The notes beneath the pieces were generated by a model. It was not told the origin of the DNA and ran no database searches. It was given only the letters and a program-made list of their open reading frames with translations. The position numbers were made by a program, and so were the translations under genes. This document shows, piece after piece, positions 56,699-64,000 of a stretch of 64,000 nucleotides of DNA. The stretch comes from an uncultured virus (IMG/VR IMGVR_UViG_3300030606_000005) (Duplodnaviria; Heunggongvirae; Uroviricota; Caudoviricetes): IMG/VR virus record IMGVR_UViG_3300030606_000005. One strand, given 5' to 3'. Within the stretch, counting starts at the first letter, position 1. Every line of letters begins with the position of its first letter.

Positions 56699-57438
56699 CC
56701 GCAGACACGCCCGTCGCCCACGGCTACACCGTGCGCGACCTCGAACACTTCGCCCGGCTCGTCCTGCGCATGGACCGCTGGTACATCGCTGGAGACATTG
56801 ATGAGCGGTACGACGCCGTGTGGTTCGGCATCACCGAGTGCCTGCTCACCGCCGATGAGCCGCCGACCCGGCGGGAGCTGCTGAACGCGGGCACCGCGGC
56901 CTCCGACGCCCGGGTCAGGGACGACATGCGCACGCACGGCCGGTGCACGCAGAACTTCGGCCAGCCGATGCCCCGCTTCCACGCCTACTGGAATCCGGCC
57001 AACCCTCCGTCGCCGGAACACCGTGTCGTCGAGCGTCTCGCCGTACAGCAGATCTGGCCGCTGCTCCAGCCCCGCCAGCGGCAGGCTCTCGCAGCGCTCG
57101 CCACCACCGGCGACTACGACAAGGCCGCCGCCGCGCTCGGCATCACCAAGGGGACCTTCGGCGTGCTCATCTCCACTGGCCGCCGCCGCTTCTACGCCTG
57201 GTGGCACGAGCACGAAATGCCCTCGCGTCAGTGGCGCACAGACCGGCGGGTTCGTTCCAGGGACGGCCGCGACCACCTCGGACGACAGCGGCTCACCGCA
57301 GCGCAGGTCGACGCCTACCGGCAGCGCCGCGACGCCGGCGAACCCGTGAAGGCTCTGGCCGCTGAAGCAGGAATAGCGACCGGCACCATGTACCAGCTAC
57401 TCAAGGGCGCGTCCAAGCCTGCGCAGGTGATGACGTGA
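56695..57438 (+). CDS. Sigma-factor-like/HTH DNA-binding protein
   Basis: LQPRQRQAL..YDKAAAALGI and a second C-terminal HTH. Confidence 0.6.
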   Translation: MTADTPVAHGYTVRDLEHFARLVLRMDRWYIAGDIDERYDAVWFGITECLLTADEPPTRRELLNAGTAASDARVRDDMRTHGRCTQNFGQPMPRFHAYWNPANPPSPEHRVVERLAVQQIWPLLQPRQRQALAALATTGDYDKAAAALGITKGTFGVLISTGRRRFYAWWHEHEMPSRQWRTDRRVRSRDGRDHLGRQRLTAAQVDAYRQRRDAGEPVKALAAEAGIATGTMYQLLKGASKPAQVMT

Positions 57439-58679
57439 GCAGCAGCACTCTGGAGGCACTCGCCGCCGAAGCCCCGGGCCCCGACGGGCACCGGCAGATC
57501 ATGCGCGTGGCCGTCAACGCCGTCGCCGCCGCGCGTGGCATGCCTGCGCCGTGGCCCATGGACATTCCCGGTGATACGGCCGAGCGCGTTGTGAAGCTGC
57601 TGGCCGACCTCGCAGACCTCAGCCAGTGGGGTGCTGCGGAACTCGGCGAGCTGCGCGAGCAACTGCTCGCGACCGAGGACCGCAGCGCGTCGGGCGTCTG
57701 GTACACGCCAGCCGAGGTCGCCCGGCCACTGACCCACGCCGCCCTGGGCGAGATCACCGACCTGCACCTGGACGACGACCCCGTCGACGTCCTCAACGTC
57801 TCGGTCCTGGACCCGGCGTGCGGCTGCGGAGTGTTCCTCATCGCCGCCGCACGCATCCTCGCCTCCGCCTACGTCGGCCTGCTGTACGGCACGCAGGATC
57901 CCGCCCCGCTCACTGTTCAGGCCGTCATGGCCGACGTCATGCGCTGCTGCGTGTACGGCATCGACACCGACCCGGTCGCCGTCGACCTCGCCAAGGCCAT
58001 GTGCTGGCTGGAGACCAGCGGCTTCGCCCCCATCGACTGGCTCGACGACAACATCGTCGTCGGCAACGCCCTCGCAGGGGACATCCCTCCGGCGCTGACC
58101 GGCCGGCTCAGCACGGCCAGCCCGCTGGCGATCGTGGGCAACCCGCCCTACAAAGACAAAGCCAAGGGCGCCGCCCCATGGATCGAAGCCCGCCGTCCCC
58201 ACCGGCTGAAGGACCGTTCCCCCGACGAACTCTGGCGCCCGTCCTTGGACGAGTTCCGCACCCCCGGCCAGGGCCGGTTCGAGTACACGCTGTCCAACCT
58301 GTACGTGTACTTCTGGCGCTGGGCCCTGTGGCGCGTCTTCGAAACCCGCATGAACGCCGGGGTGATCGCGTTCCTCACCCCGAGCGCCTGGCTGAAGAGC
58401 GAGGCATTCAATGGGATGCGCGGCGCCATGCGCGGGGCCGCCGACCGGATCCTCATCGTCGACCTGACACCCGAGGGCAAAGCGCCGCCCACCAAGACGC
58501 GCATCTTCCCGGGCGTCACCCTTCCCCTCTGTGCGGCAGTGCTCGCCCGGCGCGGAGGCCCACGACCGGACGACATGGCCCCCGCACACATCGCCACCGT
58601 TTCGGGCAGCCGCGAGGACAAATTCCGGCAGCTCGAACGGCTCCTCGGCGCTTCAAGCCCGACATGGGGCGCCTCGTGA
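57435..58679 (+). CDS. N6-adenine methyltransferase, Type ISP-like catalytic core
   Basis: GVWYTP, VLDPACGCGVFL, GNPPY, NLYVYFWRWA. Confidence 0.85.
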   Translation: MSSSTLEALAAEAPGPDGHRQIMRVAVNAVAAARGMPAPWPMDIPGDTAERVVKLLADLADLSQWGAAELGELREQLLATEDRSASGVWYTPAEVARPLTHAALGEITDLHLDDDPVDVLNVSVLDPACGCGVFLIAAARILASAYVGLLYGTQDPAPLTVQAVMADVMRCCVYGIDTDPVAVDLAKAMCWLETSGFAPIDWLDDNIVVGNALAGDIPPALTGRLSTASPLAIVGNPPYKDKAKGAAPWIEARRPHRLKDRSPDELWRPSLDEFRTPGQGRFEYTLSNLYVYFWRWALWRVFETRMNAGVIAFLTPSAWLKSEAFNGMRGAMRGAADRILIVDLTPEGKAPPTKTRIFPGVTLPLCAAVLARRGGPRPDDMAPAHIATVSGSREDKFRQLERLLGASSPTWGAS

Positions 58680-58684
58680 TGGGG

Positions 58685-59140
58685 TCAGGGCGCGTCGATC
58701 TCGGCTTGAGTACGTGGGTCACCGTTGAGTCGGATCGCGATCGTGCGCGCCGTCTCGTGATTGACGTCCGCCCAGCGGCCGATCTCGCGGAAGGAATGGC
58801 CGGCCCGGCGCGCACCGGCGATGTCCTGTTCGAGTTCCCGCCTTCGCTGGGTGATGACCCTCGCTCGGCGGCGAAGCCGGGGCGTCCAGCGCTCGGCTCC
58901 AGGGGCGACGGCTCCCATCTTGTTGTACCGGGGGTGCTCACGCTGGATCGCGCGGAGTTCCGCCTTGAGCGCGGCCTGCCGCGTGCGGCGCCATGTGATC
59001 TCCTTCGTGGCAACCTCAGGCCACCACGCCTTGTCGGCCTCATGCTGTGCGAACCGGACCGAGGGTCGATCGGTGACGCCGACATACAGAAGGTGCCCGT
59101 CGGCGTCGTACAGCCGGTACAGCGCCGTCCGGCCGCTCAT
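58685..59140 (-). CDS. GIY-YIG nuclease-domain protein with C-terminal HTH
   Basis: LYRLYD....LLYVGVT, RFAQH, E..AI..EHPRYN; GHSFREIGRW. Confidence 0.85.
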   Translation of the reverse strand: MSGRTALYRLYDADGHLLYVGVTDRPSVRFAQHEADKAWWPEVATKEITWRRTRQAALKAELRAIQREHPRYNKMGAVAPGAERWTPRLRRRARVITQRRRELEQDIAGARRAGHSFREIGRWADVNHETARTIAIRLNGDPRTQAEIDAP

Positions 59141-59370
59141 TTGTCGGCCTCTTCCCGCTCCCGCGTTTCTCGCGCGCGCCGTGCTTCCAGCACCACCTTT
59201 CGGGCCGGCCGTGAGGGCAGCTCGGCACCGGGCTCACGCAGGTACCAGGCGATCAGCTCGCGGATCACGGCGGCGCGCTCAGTGCCAACGCTCTTGGCCG
59301 CGGCGTCGAAGTCGTACCACTCGTCACCGATGCGGATCTGGCGAGCTGGAGTCTTCGGCGCATTCGGCAT
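59137..59370 (-). CDS. Ribbon-helix-helix DNA-binding protein
   Basis: TPARQIRIGDEWYDFDAAAK...RAAVIRELIAWY. Confidence 0.75.
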   Translation of the reverse strand: MPNAPKTPARQIRIGDEWYDFDAAAKSVGTERAAVIRELIAWYLREPGAELPSRPARKVVLEARRARETREREEADK

Positions 59371-59386
59371 GAGCGCACCGTACCGG

Positions 59387-59492
59387 GGTGTAGCTACGGG
59401 CTTCAATGTCCTCACCTCCGGGTGTAGCTACAGAAATCATGGTCCACCGCCTTGCGGTGTAGCTACACCTCACGCTATGGTGTAGCTACACC
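59387..59492. promoter_or_regulatory. Four copies of palindromic operator GGTGTAGCTACACC over a rightward promoter
   Basis: Copies at 59387, 59421, 59456, 59479 (last two perfect); TTGCGG-18-TATGGT overlaps them. Confidence 0.85.
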
Positions 59493-59510
59493 CAAAGTCA
59501 AGGAGGGGTC

Positions 59511-59870
59511 ATGGACGCACAGCTCACGCGCAGGATCACCGTCGCCGAGTACCTCGTACGGCGCGACCTCCCGGCCGACTGGCGCTTCGGCTCTTGGCTG
59601 GGTCGTGTCGCCGCTGAGATCTACCGCGACACCTACCGGCGCGAGCCGTCCAAGGCGTTCCGGTTCATCAACGGCCGCTTCCGCAGGGTGATGGCGTACC
59701 GGCCGTCCGAGGCGCACGTGCTGATCGCCGCGTGGGAGCGGTACGGCCGGTTCGCCGAGGACCGGCCCGCCCCGGCCGTCCGTACCCGCCACGTCCCGGC
59801 GCCCCGCTTGACCAGCATCGACGCGATGCGGTGGACCCCGAGCCGTGGCCCTGTCCGTAGCCACCCGTAA
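59511..59870 (+). CDS. Hypothetical Arg-rich protein
   Basis: AAGGAGG RBS. Confidence 0.7.
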   Translation: MDAQLTRRITVAEYLVRRDLPADWRFGSWLGRVAAEIYRDTYRREPSKAFRFINGRFRRVMAYRPSEAHVLIAAWERYGRFAEDRPAPAVRTRHVPAPRLTSIDAMRWTPSRGPVRSHP

Positions 59871-59895
59871 CCGTCCGCCCCGGAAAGGGGGAGTC

Positions 59896-60141
59896 ATGTC
59901 CGACACCCTGATTCGCGCTCTCGACCTGATCGAGCCCGGTGACCTGGTCGTCTACCACGGCTCCATCCGCAGCATGCACGGCCTGTGGCTGGCGATCCCG
60001 TGCCCGTGCCGGATCTGCCAGGCCGTGGACGCGCTCGGTCTGGTCGACGTCCGGTTCGCGTTGGCCGACCCGTGGGGCGAGCGGCCCGGCCCCCACCACG
60101 TCCGCCGCCAGTCCATCACCCGCTCTATCGCCTGCGGCTGA
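59896..60141 (+). CDS. Hypothetical protein with CxCxxC
   Basis: GGGGGAG RBS. Confidence 0.6.
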   Translation: MSDTLIRALDLIEPGDLVVYHGSIRSMHGLWLAIPCPCRICQAVDALGLVDVRFALADPWGERPGPHHVRRQSITRSIACG

Positions 60142-60149
60142 GCACCCCA

Positions 60150-60225
60150 GGGCCTGTAGCTCAGGAGGCAGAGCGAGGGATTTAAACCCCAGTGCGCGCC
60201 GGTTCGACCCCGGCCGGGCCCACCA
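60150..60225 (+). tRNA. tRNA-like gene with degenerate anticodon arm (TAA or TTA), encoded CCA
   Basis: 76 nt; intact acceptor, D and T arms; anticodon arm AGGGATTTAAACCCCAG poorly paired. Confidence 0.7.
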
Positions 60226-60260
60226 GATCAGTCACCGATCAACCCCGGAGGGGGAACACC

Positions 60261-61466
60261 GTGAGCATCACCGACGTCAACACCGCGTTCGCGGCCGAGA
60301 AGACGGCACAGATCGAAGCCGTCCGCAACGTTGAGCGCGCGTTCCAGAGCCGTATCGACCGGGGAGAGATCCGCCTCGTCGGCGGCGGCCAGTACGAGGT
60401 GCTGACCGGCTGGGACCGGGGCGAGCGCTTCACCGTCTCTCGCAACACCCAAGGGCAGATCGAGCGGATCATCGCCAACCACGGGCTCGACGAGAGCGCG
60501 GACGGCACGATCGCCCTCTACGCGTCCTCGCCCGCGTGGCACGGCCTCGGTCAGATCATCCCCGGCGGCACCACGGACATCGACGAGGTCCTCGTACGGT
60601 CCGGCCTCGACTTCGAGGTGACCACGGTGCCCGCCCTGTACGAGTGGGATGGCGAACTGCGCGAGCACACCGACCAGTTCCACACCGTGCGTGAGGACAC
60701 GGGCGCGGCGCTCGGAGCGGTCGGCGCCCGCTACACCCCGATTCAGAACCGTCAGGGCTTCGAGTTCCTCCAGGAACTGGTGGGCCGCTACGACGTGGTG
60801 TGGGAGTCGGCCGGTGTCCTGCGCGGCGGGAAGCGCGTGTTCATCTCGATCCGCCTGCCCGAGACCGTCCGCGTGGACGCCGACGGCATCAACGACCTGA
60901 TCGTCCCGTACGTGGCCGTCATGAACGACCACAGCGGGCAGGGCCAGTTCCAGTGCGTCGTCACCCCCTGGCGACCCGTCTGCGCCAACACCGAACGCTT
61001 CGCCGTCCGGGACGCCCACACCCGGTGGGCCGTGCGGCACACGGCAGGCGCCACCGACGAGATCAAGGAAGCCCGGCGCACGCTCGGCCTGTCCGTGAAG
61101 TACTTCGAGGAGTTCGCCGCCGAGGAGACCGCGCTCGCCCGTACGGACATCGCCGTCGCCGAGTTCCACGACCTGGTCGCCGACCTGTGGCCCCTCGACG
61201 AGGACGCAACCGACCGCGCGAAGACCAACCACGCTCACCGGCTCGGCGCCCTCGACGCGACGTTCCGCACCGAGACGGAGCGCGTCGGCCGTACGGCGTA
61301 CGCCGCCGAGCGCGCCATCACCGGCTACCTCGATCACGTCGCACCCCGGCGGCCCGGCCGAACGATGACGGAGGAAGTGGCGCGCGCCACCGCGCTGCTG
61401 GAGGGCGCGGACGACGAGATGAAGACCAAGGCCCACAAGCGGCTGCGGCTCCTGCGCAAGGCCTGA
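60261..61466 (+). CDS. DUF932 family protein
   Basis: PAWHGLG, YTPIQN, ESAGVLRGGKRVF, TPWRPVCANT, RHT. Confidence 0.88.
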   Translation: MSITDVNTAFAAEKTAQIEAVRNVERAFQSRIDRGEIRLVGGGQYEVLTGWDRGERFTVSRNTQGQIERIIANHGLDESADGTIALYASSPAWHGLGQIIPGGTTDIDEVLVRSGLDFEVTTVPALYEWDGELREHTDQFHTVREDTGAALGAVGARYTPIQNRQGFEFLQELVGRYDVVWESAGVLRGGKRVFISIRLPETVRVDADGINDLIVPYVAVMNDHSGQGQFQCVVTPWRPVCANTERFAVRDAHTRWAVRHTAGATDEIKEARRTLGLSVKYFEEFAAEETALARTDIAVAEFHDLVADLWPLDEDATDRAKTNHAHRLGALDATFRTETERVGRTAYAAERAITGYLDHVAPRRPGRTMTEEVARATALLEGADDEMKTKAHKRLRLLRKA

Positions 61467-61561
61467 ACCCCCAGACCGGCGGCCGGGCCGACTCCCCCAG
61501 CTCGGCCGCCCCCAGGGCCGCCGCCCCGCCCAACCCCCGTCACGCGGGGCGGCGGCTCCAA

Positions 61562-61637
61562 GCGCCCGTGGCCCAACCGGTAGAGGCAGCGCCTTATAAG
61601 CGTCGAGCTGCGAGTTCGAATCTCGTCGGGCGTACCA
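61562..61637 (+). tRNA. tRNA with TAT anticodon (Ile, reads AUA), encoded CCA
   Basis: GCGCCCG/CGGGCGT acceptor, CT-TAT-AA loop (61595-61597), 4-bp anticodon stem, GTTCGAATC, ACCA. Confidence 0.8.
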
Positions 61638-61672
61638 CCGCAGATCACCAACGACTCAGGAAGACACGCGAC

Positions 61673-62245
61673 ATGAGCACCGACCCGCCTGGCATCTCCG
61701 CCGGGCCCATCGAGACCGAGCCGCTCGACTACCCGACACCCGGCGACTTCCCGACCACGAGCCGCAAGGCCGAGATCCTGGGGGACGTGTTCCGCGCGGC
61801 CGGCGTACACCTGGGTGCGTACGACGAGCGGATCGCGACCTGGCTCGCCCAGACCTCCGACTGGTCGACGTTCGCCGTCATCGTCTCGTGGGTGGCGCGC
61901 GCCGCCACGGCCCGTGAGCCGACCCGGACGGTCGCCCTGCCGGGCCGGTTCGACGCGACCCCGGCCGAGGTGGACCGGCACCTGCGGCGGATCCTCGCCG
62001 AGGACGTGTACCTGCGCTACCAGCAAGCCATCGGCGGCCATGCGGTCATGGAGGCCTCGAAGGACCTCCGCATGGAAGTCGTCCTGCCGAACGCCCCGGA
62101 CGCCAAGCAGTGGCGCGAGGCGGCCAACTACATCGACCCCCGCCTGCACGGCGGCCCGTACCCGTCGCAGCTCTTGTGCTCGCAGCACGACGGCTTCGGC
62201 CCCTGCCCCGGCGCACCCCGCTGCACCCCGAAGGAGAACGACTGA
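61673..62245 (+). CDS. Hypothetical protein
   Basis: GVHLGAYDERIATWLA. Confidence 0.6.
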   Translation: MSTDPPGISAGPIETEPLDYPTPGDFPTTSRKAEILGDVFRAAGVHLGAYDERIATWLAQTSDWSTFAVIVSWVARAATAREPTRTVALPGRFDATPAEVDRHLRRILAEDVYLRYQQAIGGHAVMEASKDLRMEVVLPNAPDAKQWREAANYIDPRLHGGPYPSQLLCSQHDGFGPCPGAPRCTPKEND

Positions 62246-62523
62246 TGGCCACCGGCCCCGAGCACTACCGCAAGGCCGAGCGCCTCGCCGAGCAAGCCGA
62301 CACGTGGATGAACGCCGACACCGGCTGGAAGGCCCACCTGTCCACCGAGGAACGCATCGCCCACCGCACGGCCGACCTGCTGGCTGGCCTGCTGCACGCG
62401 GTCCTCGCCAACTCCGCCGCGACCGCGCTGAACGACCACAGCGCCGACGAAGGCGGCATGCCGCTCGCCGACTACGACGCGTGGGTCCAGACGGCCTCTC
62501 AGTGGAAGCGGGGCGGGAAGTGA
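62245..62523 (+). CDS. Hypothetical protein
   Basis: MATGPEHYRKAERL; AAGGAG RBS. Confidence 0.6.
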   Translation: MATGPEHYRKAERLAEQADTWMNADTGWKAHLSTEERIAHRTADLLAGLLHAVLANSAATALNDHSADEGGMPLADYDAWVQTASQWKRGGK

Positions 62524-62909
62524 CCACGCTCGACTTGACCCCGAACGACTGGCAGCGCGCCAACCTGGCGCCGCTCGCCGTCGCCTGCCCCGACTGCGGC
62601 TCGCCTGCCGGCCAGCTGTGCACGAGCCACGGCGGAACCCGCGCCCGCAACTCACAGGTCCACCGCGCCCGCACGGCCGCCTGGGAGACGGCTCGGCTCG
62701 CCGCGAACCCGGCCGCCAAGCTCATCGCCGACGCGGTGACCGAGCGGGGCATCCGGCACGGCCAGCACGCCGTCAACCTGCTGCGCGAGCACGGCTACAC
62801 GGCCGAGGCCGACAACGTCCAGCGCGCCGTGTCCCGCCGCCACGGGCACATGTCCGCCAAGCAGGCCGCGCAGTTCCTCATCGACATCGAGGGCGGTGAG
62901 AACCAGTGA
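62520..62909 (+). CDS. Zinc-finger protein
   Basis: VACPDCGSPAGQLC...HRAR. Confidence 0.6.
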   Translation: MTTLDLTPNDWQRANLAPLAVACPDCGSPAGQLCTSHGGTRARNSQVHRARTAAWETARLAANPAAKLIADAVTERGIRHGQHAVNLLREHGYTAEADNVQRAVSRRHGHMSAKQAAQFLIDIEGGENQ

Positions 62910-63667
62910 GCGCCCGCGACACCCTTATCGGCATCCTCCAGCAGTGGACCGACCGGCACGACGCCGCTCCACAGACGCCCGAAGCCCTGGTCGCCGCCTC
63001 TGATGCCGAGCTGCTGCGGGGCTGGGCGGCGAAGATCCGCGAGGTCGGAACCGCGAAGGGCTGGTCGACGTGGGCCGCCGCCTACATCGACCCCGACGTC
63101 GAGTTCGTCGACACGGCCATGCCGTCGACCGAGACGATCGTCGCCGAGCTGCGCCGACTTGACCGCGTCGCCATCCTCCGCCAGGCCGCCGAGGCGATCG
63201 AGCGTGAGCAGGCCCGTGAGGAGCGAGCGGAAAGCGAGCGGTTCGGATACCTCGACCACGAGACGGAGCTTCAGGGGGTCGCTGTCCGGGCCAAGGCGAC
63301 GTTCCTGCGCCGCCTGGCCGACGACGTCGAGCGGGGGAAGGACACCAGCGTCGGCAGCCAGCCGACCGCAGGCGGCGCCACTCCCGACTTCTTCCTGCCC
63401 GGTCATACGTACAGGCGGCGCCGGTGGCGGTTCCAGTGCCTCGCTGTCGGCCCGGACCCCTTCACCGGGGAGACCCGGGCCGCCGGCTACCTGTACCGGC
63501 CGGGCGAGTCCGCGACCGTCACAGGGATGGACCCGGAGACCTGGGCGCGCGGCGGCTGGTGCGACATCACCGAGTTGTCGCCCGCCACCGACGCACCGGC
63601 GGCGCACCCGGATGCGACGGCGCACGCCTCGTCGTACGACACCGACACCGAAGGAACGAGCCAGTGA
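62906..63667 (+). CDS. Mosaic hypothetical protein
   Basis: GTGA overlap; DFFLPGHTY. Confidence 0.6.
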   Translation: MSARDTLIGILQQWTDRHDAAPQTPEALVAASDAELLRGWAAKIREVGTAKGWSTWAAAYIDPDVEFVDTAMPSTETIVAELRRLDRVAILRQAAEAIEREQAREERAESERFGYLDHETELQGVAVRAKATFLRRLADDVERGKDTSVGSQPTAGGATPDFFLPGHTYRRRRWRFQCLAVGPDPFTGETRAAGYLYRPGESATVTGMDPETWARGGWCDITELSPATDAPAAHPDATAHASSYDTDTEGTSQ

Positions 63668-63669
63668 AC

Positions 63670-64000
63670 ATGCCCGCGCCGCTGACCATGACTGCACGCC
63701 GCGCCATGGTCGCGGAACTGCGCCGCCAGGAGCCAGGCATCAGCGCCCGCAAAATCGCAGATCGGCTCGGGGCTGGCAAGGACACGATCCTCCGGGACAT
63801 CGCCGAGATCGAGACGGAGCAGCGCCAGCGCGCCGCCGAGGCCGCAGCCTCCGCAGCGTCTGCTGAGCCGCCCGCGCCACCGGACGCGCCGGAGGGCGAC
63901 ACGCTCGTGATCCGCCTCGACGAGCCGATGCGCCAGGCCCTCGCCACCCTCCGCGCTGCCGTCGGCTCTCCAGACACCCCGACCGCCAACCGGCGGGCGG
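63670..64000 (+). CDS. HTH protein, truncated by window end
   Basis: GISARKIADRLGAGKDTILRD. Confidence 0.65.
   Translation, partial: MPAPLTMTARRAMVAELRRQEPGISARKIADRLGAGKDTILRDIAEIETEQRQRAAEAAASAASAEPPAPPDAPEGDTLVIRLDEPMRQALATLRAAVGSPDTPTANRRA

Larger units (their letters stand above)
1..64000. mobile_element. Temperate actinobacteriophage (siphovirus) genome segment, probably a Streptomyces phage, in virion gene order
   Basis: Contiguous terminase-portal-protease-capsid-tail-lysis-integrase-repressor-early gene order, high GC, WhiB and Streptomyces-type regulators; no host housekeeping genes seen. Confidence 0.93.

Noticed and set aside
52629..58679. Complete restriction-modification or BREX defence system
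   Set aside because: No restriction endonuclease, helicase, PglZ/PglY or specificity subunit accompanies the MTases
59387..59492. Possible mini-CRISPR array
   Set aside because: Repeats are only 11-14 bp with irregular 9-23 bp gaps and there are no cas genes; an operator array fits better
53817..61637. tRNAs as integration (att) sites or host DNA
   Set aside because: They sit inside continuous phage operons far from the serine integrase, with no duplicated tRNA 3' ends

Overview
The window is about 64 kb of a high-GC temperate siphovirus, most likely infecting Streptomyces or a close actinomycete. The gene order is virion-like, not att-permuted. It runs: small and large terminase, portal, HK97-type protease, major capsid, head-tail and tail genes (probable frameshifted tail assembly chaperone; tape measure with a C-terminal lytic transglycosylase), then the lysis cassette. 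Next come an accessory regulator/GNAT block, a large serine integrase with a candidate palindromic attP, and a repressor/Cro switch. A long rightward early arm follows (YqaJ/RecT, RusA, replication initiator, two HNH insertions, DUF5131, WhiB, a processive GT2 glycosyltransferase, three DNA methyltransferases, an RHH/GIY-YIG pair, DUF932) and is cut by the window end. The most unusual observations are five. (1) Three dispersed tRNA or tRNA-like genes all have A/T-only anticodons: TAA (bldA-like), TAT, and an ambiguous TAA/TTA. The only in-frame TTA codon I spotted sits in a phage regulator. (2) Two methyltransferases look like stripped catalytic cores of host defence enzymes (BREX-2/Pgl PglX and Type ISP), and the PglX-like one ends in a beta-clamp-type QLGLF motif. 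(3) A 55-aa LAXTG sortase-signal-like peptide is coupled to the GT2. (4) A four-copy palindromic operator lies at the RHH/GIY-YIG module. (5) A candidate promoter-driven sRNA lies at the left end. Family assignments come from motif recognition by eye; no database searches were run.
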